A DNA stretch of 64,000 nt. Origin: an uncultured Planctomycetaceae bacterium (GTDB lineage: Bacteria; Planctomycetota; Planctomycetia; Isosphaerales; Isosphaeraceae). The DNA is taken from positions 3,936,001-4,000,000 of the forward strand of contig CAWIAD010000002.1 in assembly GCA_963833985.1 (NCBI GenBank), in the 5' to 3' direction. Positions 59,343 to 64,000 of this stretch are shown in pieces. Below the pieces are notes generated by a model, which was not told the origin of the DNA, ran no database searches, and was given only the letters and a program-made list of their open reading frames with translations. Within the stretch, counting starts at the first letter, position 1. Every line of letters starts with the position of its first letter. The position numbers and the translations under genes were made by a program.

Positions 59343-60320
59343 GTGAAGCTCCGTGGCGTGCTGCTCGCCTTGCTTGCCGTGTCCACCGGTCTGCTGGCTC
59401 CGGGTTCGCCAGCCGCCGAGCCGCTGGACGTTTCCCCCGAGGGACGGGCGCTGGCGTATCTGGCTTGCGAAGTTCCGCGCTGGGCGCGCGAGAACCACTG
59501 TCATTCGTGCCACAACAACGGCGATGCCGCACGCGCCCTGTACGCGGGCATCCAGGCGGGTTACGCCGTGCCCGGGTCGGCCCTGACCGACACCAATCTC
59601 TGGCTGGCCGATCCCCGGCGCTGGGAGGAAGAGGGCGGCAAAGGCCCCTTCTCGGACAGACGGCTGGCGCGCCTTCAATTCACCAGCACGCTCGCGGCCG
59701 CCCGCTCGACGGGTCAGGTGAGCGATCCCATGAGCCTGATCCGTGCGGCCGATCGCCTTGCTGGCGAACAGGCCGCCGATGGCTCGTGGCCGCTGGAAGG
59801 TGTGGAGGGACCCGCGTCAGCGCCGACGCTCGGGGACTTCCTGGCCGGTTACCTGGCGCGCGCGAGTCTGAAGCTTGCCGACCCGATCCGGTTTCGGCGG
59901 CCCATCGAACAATCCACCCGCTGGCTGACCGCGCACCCGACCCGTTCCGTGATGGAGGTTTCCGTGTCCCTGCTCGTTGCGGCGGATGCAGACTCGAAAC
60001 TGTCAGAGGAGGTCCGATCTCGGGCCCTGGACCGCCTGCGTACCGCCCAGACCGTAGACGGCGGATGGGGCCCCTTCGCCTCCTCGCCCCCGGAGAATTT
60101 TGACACCTCGCTGGCGCTTCTGGCGCTGGACCAGGCCCGCCGGCCGCTTGCGACGCGCGTCATGATCGCCCGCGCCCGCGCATTCCTGATCGCTCGCCAG
60201 CAGCCCGACGGAAGCTGGTCCGAAACCACCCGTCCACCCGGTGCCGTCAGCTACGCGCAACGCGTCTCCACGACGGCCTGGGCCACGCTTGGACTTCTGG
60301 CCACCAGGTCAGGCGGGTGA
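59343..60320 (+). CDS. Secreted prenyltransferase/squalene-cyclase-repeat protein
   Basis: Signal peptide; QW-type repeats EQAADGSW, AQTVDGGW, RQQPDGSW; CHSCH near the N-terminus. Confidence 0.75.
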   Translation: MKLRGVLLALLAVSTGLLAPGSPAAEPLDVSPEGRALAYLACEVPRWARENHCHSCHNNGDAARALYAGIQAGYAVPGSALTDTNLWLADPRRWEEEGGKGPFSDRRLARLQFTSTLAAARSTGQVSDPMSLIRAADRLAGEQAADGSWPLEGVEGPASAPTLGDFLAGYLARASLKLADPIRFRRPIEQSTRWLTAHPTRSVMEVSVSLLVAADADSKLSEEVRSRALDRLRTAQTVDGGWGPFASSPPENFDTSLALLALDQARRPLATRVMIARARAFLIARQQPDGSWSETTRPPGAVSYAQRVSTTAWATLGLLATRSGG

Positions 60321-60575
60321 CTGACTCATCGATCGCGGCGAGCCATGCTGCCTGCCCGCCGGGGAGCGGGGGTGCCCCGCATGCAGAGTCGGGCCGCAGG
60401 CCGGTTCAGGGAGCGTGCGCGGGAAACGGAAACAGCGGGGGCTCGCCGGGACCTGCGGGTGGCCAACGGCCGGAACAGATGGCTAGGATGGGAGGTTCCA
60501 GACGCCTTCGTCCCTGAAACCGGCAATCGATCCCTCTGCGAGACCCGCGAGGCAAGCCACCAGGAGTTCCACACC

Positions 60576-61490
60576 ATGCCCCGACCCACCCGGCGCGACG
60601 TCTTGAAACGGGGACTGGGAGCAGCCGTGGCAGGCTGGAGTTCGTTCTCGTTTTCGCGTTCGGCCTCTGCCATCCCTCCCATCGGCCGTACGCGGCCCAG
60701 CCACCTGAAGCTGAGCCTCGCCGCGTACTCGTATCGCGACTACCTGACGTCGAAACCGCCCCGCATGGACCTGTTCGACTACGTGAACCTGGCTGCCGAC
60801 ATGGGCCTCGACGCCGTCGAGCCGACGTCCTACTACTTCCCACCAAACGTCACAACCGAGTACCTGCACAAGCTCAAGCAACATGCGTTCGTGCTGGGTC
60901 TGGATATCTCGGGCACGGCGATCGGCAACAACTTCTGCCTGCCCCCCGGCGCGAAGCGTGACGAGCAGCTCGAGAACACCAGGCGCTGGATTGACCGCGC
61001 CGCCGAGCTTGATGCACCCGTCATCCGCATCTTCGCCGGTAATGTTCCAGGTGGAGCGACCGAGGAGCAAGCGGCCGCCTGGGCCGTCGAGGGCATCCAG
61101 GCCTCGCTCCCGCACGCGGCCGAAAAGGGTGTGACGCTGGCACTGGAGAACCATGGCGGCATCACGGCGACACCCCGGCAGATCCTGAAGCTGGTCAGGG
61201 CCGTGGAGGGACCCAATTTTGGCGTGAACCTCGACACCGGCAACTTCCGGGGCGAAGACCCCTACGCCGAAATCGCGGAGCTGGCACCATACGCCGTCAA
61301 CGTCCAGGTGAAGACCGAGGTGCTCCGCAAGGGAAGCCGGACCAAGGAAGAGGCCGACCTGGGACGGCTCATCGGCATCCTCCGCGAGGCGCGCTATTCG
61401 GGTTATGTCGTGCTCGAGTACGAGGCCGCCGAAGATCCGCTCGCCGCGATTCCCCGGCACATCAAGAAACTGCGCGAGCTGATCAGCTAG
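60576..61490 (+). CDS. Sugar-phosphate isomerase/epimerase (xylose-isomerase-like TIM barrel) with Tat signal
   Basis: TRRDVLK twin-arginine signal; LALENHGG, NLDTGNF, VLEYE. Confidence 0.88.
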   Translation: MPRPTRRDVLKRGLGAAVAGWSSFSFSRSASAIPPIGRTRPSHLKLSLAAYSYRDYLTSKPPRMDLFDYVNLAADMGLDAVEPTSYYFPPNVTTEYLHKLKQHAFVLGLDISGTAIGNNFCLPPGAKRDEQLENTRRWIDRAAELDAPVIRIFAGNVPGGATEEQAAAWAVEGIQASLPHAAEKGVTLALENHGGITATPRQILKLVRAVEGPNFGVNLDTGNFRGEDPYAEIAELAPYAVNVQVKTEVLRKGSRTKEEADLGRLIGILREARYSGYVVLEYEAAEDPLAAIPRHIKKLRELIS

Positions 61491-61690
61491 AGTCTAGTCT
61501 AGCGACCCTCAGGTTCCATCCCGGCAACAGTTTCGGGCGGGCGGGACGCACCCACGCTCGCAGCCTTGATTCGTTCCCCCGGGTCTGATCGAATAGATGC
61601 ACCCGCTGCCGGTGAATCGTCTGCCGGGGAGAAGCCAGGAAAACGCCGCTCGAGTTCCGCCCTCTTTTTGCATTCGACGGAGCATCGCTG

Positions 61691-62839
61691 ATGATCGTGG
61701 GGGTCCCCAGGGAGATCAAGGCCGACGAATACCGGGTTGCGCTGTTGCCGGTTGGTGCCGAGGAATTGACCAGCGCGGGACACCAGGTGCTCTTCGAGGC
61801 GGGGGCAGGGCAGGGGAGCGGCATTGTCGACGCCGAGTATCTCGCGGCCGGCGCGACAGTTGTCCAGAGCGCGGCGGAGATCTGGGCCGCGGCGGATATC
61901 GTCATCAAGGTGAAGGAACCGCAGGCCTCGGAGTGGCCCCACCTGCGTCCCGAGCAGGTGGTCTTTACCTATTTTCACTTCGCGGCCGACGAGGCGCTCA
62001 CGCGGGCCATCATCGGCAGCGGGATCACGGCGATCGCCTACGAAACCCTCAGGGACGCGCGGGGCAACCTGCCCCTGCTCACGCCGATGAGCGAGGTTGC
62101 CGGCCGCATGAGCATCCAGGAGGGGGCTCGGTTCCTGGAACGTCCGCAGGAGGGCCGGGGGATCCTGCTGGCCGGGGTTCCGGGCGTGGCTCCCGCCGAG
62201 GTCGCCATCCTGGGCGGTGGCGTGGTCGGTTCGAATGCGGCCAAGGTCGCTGCCGGCCTCGGCGCCAACGTTCGCATCCTCGACGTGAACCTGGACCGGC
62301 TGCGCTACCTCGACGACATCATGCCGCCCAACGTGACCACGCTCTACTCCGACCGGCATACGATCCGTGAGTCCATCGAACGCGCCGACCTGGTGATTGG
62401 CGCCGTGCTCATCACGGGTGCCCGGGCGCCTCGCCTGGTGCGACGCCAGGACCTGGCCACCATGAAGACCGGCTCGGTCATCGTCGATGTGGCCATCGAC
62501 CAGGGTGGGTGCATCGAGACCAGCCGGCCGACGACTCATCTTCATCCGACTTACGTCGTTGATGGCGTGGTGCATTACTGCGTGACCAACATGCCCGGCG
62601 CCGTGGGGCGAACCAGTACCTATGCACTGTGCAACGTGACACTTCCCTACGTGCTGCAACTTGTGAAAAATGGATGGAAGGCTCTCACGGCAACCGATCC
62701 CGGCGTGGCGGCGGGCGTGAACATCGACCGGGGCCGCGTGACCAATCATGCGGTTGCCGCGACGTTCGGCATGCACTATAGCCCGCTCGAAACGTCTTCT
62801 TACACGACAGCCTCCAGCGCGGCGCCATCCCTGATCTGA
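61691..62839 (+). CDS. ald: Alanine dehydrogenase
   Basis: GVPREIK..E.RVAL, KVKEP, PLLTPMSEVAGR, GGGVVG, DVAIDQGGC, NMPGAV. Confidence 0.96.
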   Translation: MIVGVPREIKADEYRVALLPVGAEELTSAGHQVLFEAGAGQGSGIVDAEYLAAGATVVQSAAEIWAAADIVIKVKEPQASEWPHLRPEQVVFTYFHFAADEALTRAIIGSGITAIAYETLRDARGNLPLLTPMSEVAGRMSIQEGARFLERPQEGRGILLAGVPGVAPAEVAILGGGVVGSNAAKVAAGLGANVRILDVNLDRLRYLDDIMPPNVTTLYSDRHTIRESIERADLVIGAVLITGARAPRLVRRQDLATMKTGSVIVDVAIDQGGCIETSRPTTHLHPTYVVDGVVHYCVTNMPGAVGRTSTYALCNVTLPYVLQLVKNGWKALTATDPGVAAGVNIDRGRVTNHAVAATFGMHYSPLETSSYTTASSAAPSLI

Positions 62840-62902
62840 ACTACCCGAAGGCGGCCTCGGCACCGGGGCCTCCTTCCCGTCCTACCCACGGAGTGACTTC
62901 TC

Positions 62903-63253
62903 ATGGCTCACGACGAAGAAGACGAGATGGAAGAGCACACTCACGGCGAGGAGCAAGATCATGACCATGATCATGATCACGTCCATGACCACGAGGTCGA
63001 GGAAGCGCTGGAAGAGGCGCTGGAGCTTGACACCCAGAGCCAGATCTTCCTGGAGATGAGGCGCCAGAATATCGACCTGCTGCGGATCGCGACGGAAGTG
63101 GCTGGCTATGCGGGGGAACATGGCCCCATGAAGCAGGGCGACCTCCGTGCGGCGCTGGGCAACATCTGGCACGTCTTTTCGGAATTCTACACATGGGTTG
63201 ACCCCGAAGAAGACGAGGACGACGAGGAGGAGGAAGGCGAGGACGAGGAGTGA
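62903..63253 (+). CDS. Small acidic, His-rich hypothetical protein
   Basis: HDHDHDHVHDH tract, D/E-rich termini; GGAG RBS. Confidence 0.7.
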   Translation: MAHDEEDEMEEHTHGEEQDHDHDHDHVHDHEVEEALEEALELDTQSQIFLEMRRQNIDLLRIATEVAGYAGEHGPMKQGDLRAALGNIWHVFSEFYTWVDPEEDEDDEEEEGEDEE

Positions 63254-63312
63254 GACCGCGGCACGGCAACCGAAGCACGGTCACGCCGATTTGAGGGAGG
63301 TTCGATCGGGGC

Positions 63313-64000
63313 ATGTCCGAAGGTGAGATGACCGAAACGTTCCAGACGGTGGCGTGGTATGGCGACGCGGCACGGGGGTGCCTGCGCCTCATCGACCAGA
63401 CCCGCTTACCGATGGAATTCCTGGAGCTTGACTGCCACGATGTGCCGGCGGTGTGGGAGGCGATCAAGCTCCTGCGGGTGCGCGGCGCCCCGGCGATTGG
63501 CGTCGCGGCCGCGTACGGGGCGGTCATCGGTGCGCAGGTCCCAGGGGTGGAGCGACGCGGCCGCGGTACGCAAGGCGCTGGGCGAGGCGACCGCCTACCT
63601 CCGGACCAGCCGTCCCACGGCCGTGAATCTCTTCTGGGCACTGGACCGGATGGAGGGCGCGGCAGCCGACGGCTCCGGCAGCGGCAGCGGTAGCGGCTTG
63701 GCCCTGCTGGAGGTGCTGCTCAAGGAAGCGCACGGCATCGCCGAGGAGGACCGCGCCATGTGCCGCGCGATCGGCCGCCATGGCGCGGAGCTGGTGACTC
63801 CGGGCGAGGGGATCCTCACCCACTGCAACGCCGGCGGCCTGGCCACGTCGGATTACGGAACGGCGCTGGCGGTGATCTTCTCGGCCCACGAGCAGGGCAA
63901 GCCGATTCGTGTCTTCGCCGACGAGACGCGCCCGCTCTTGCAAGGTGCCCGGCTGACCGCGTGGGAGCTGAAGCGGCGCGGCGTCCCCGTCACCTTGATC
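63313..64000 (+). CDS. mtnA: Methylthioribose-1-phosphate isomerase, frameshift near 63545, runs off the window end
   Basis: [21 protein letters not shown]; shifted frame [37 protein letters not shown]. Confidence 0.92.

Overview
GC-rich bacterial chromosome segment, most likely from a planctomycete (Isosphaeraceae-like). Support for this: a DUF1559 prepilin-type protein, eukaryote-like Ser/Thr kinases, and a Planctomycetes/Verrucomicrobia (PV)-type microcompartment locus. Most of the window is housekeeping and signalling genes (guaA, leuB, otsA, mutM, ftsH, mnmG, tpx, ndk, cysK, ald, mtnA, two histidine kinases, two Ser/Thr kinases). About a dozen otherwise intact genes carry 1-2 nt frameshifts, probably long-read assembly errors. 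Two blocks stand out. (1) A 14-gene PV-type microcompartment operon (25085-35599, minus strand) with three BMC-H genes, three BMC-P genes and an extra terminal class I aldolase-like gene. (2) A ~6 kb accessory region (about 15.1-21.1 kb) between a decayed comM fragment and the 3' end of tRNA-Leu(CAG). It holds a DUF433/DUF5615 toxin-antitoxin pair, a PNPOx-like gene bracketed by purine-rich GGAC-punctuated tracts, and a RAYT/IS200-like HUH transposase. The transposase has a 557-bp tandem duplication of its promoter and 5' half, and is followed by a hairpin and six interspaced palindromic 18-bp repeats. This HUH module is the best candidate for an undescribed system. All calls come from reading motifs by eye; no database searches were run.
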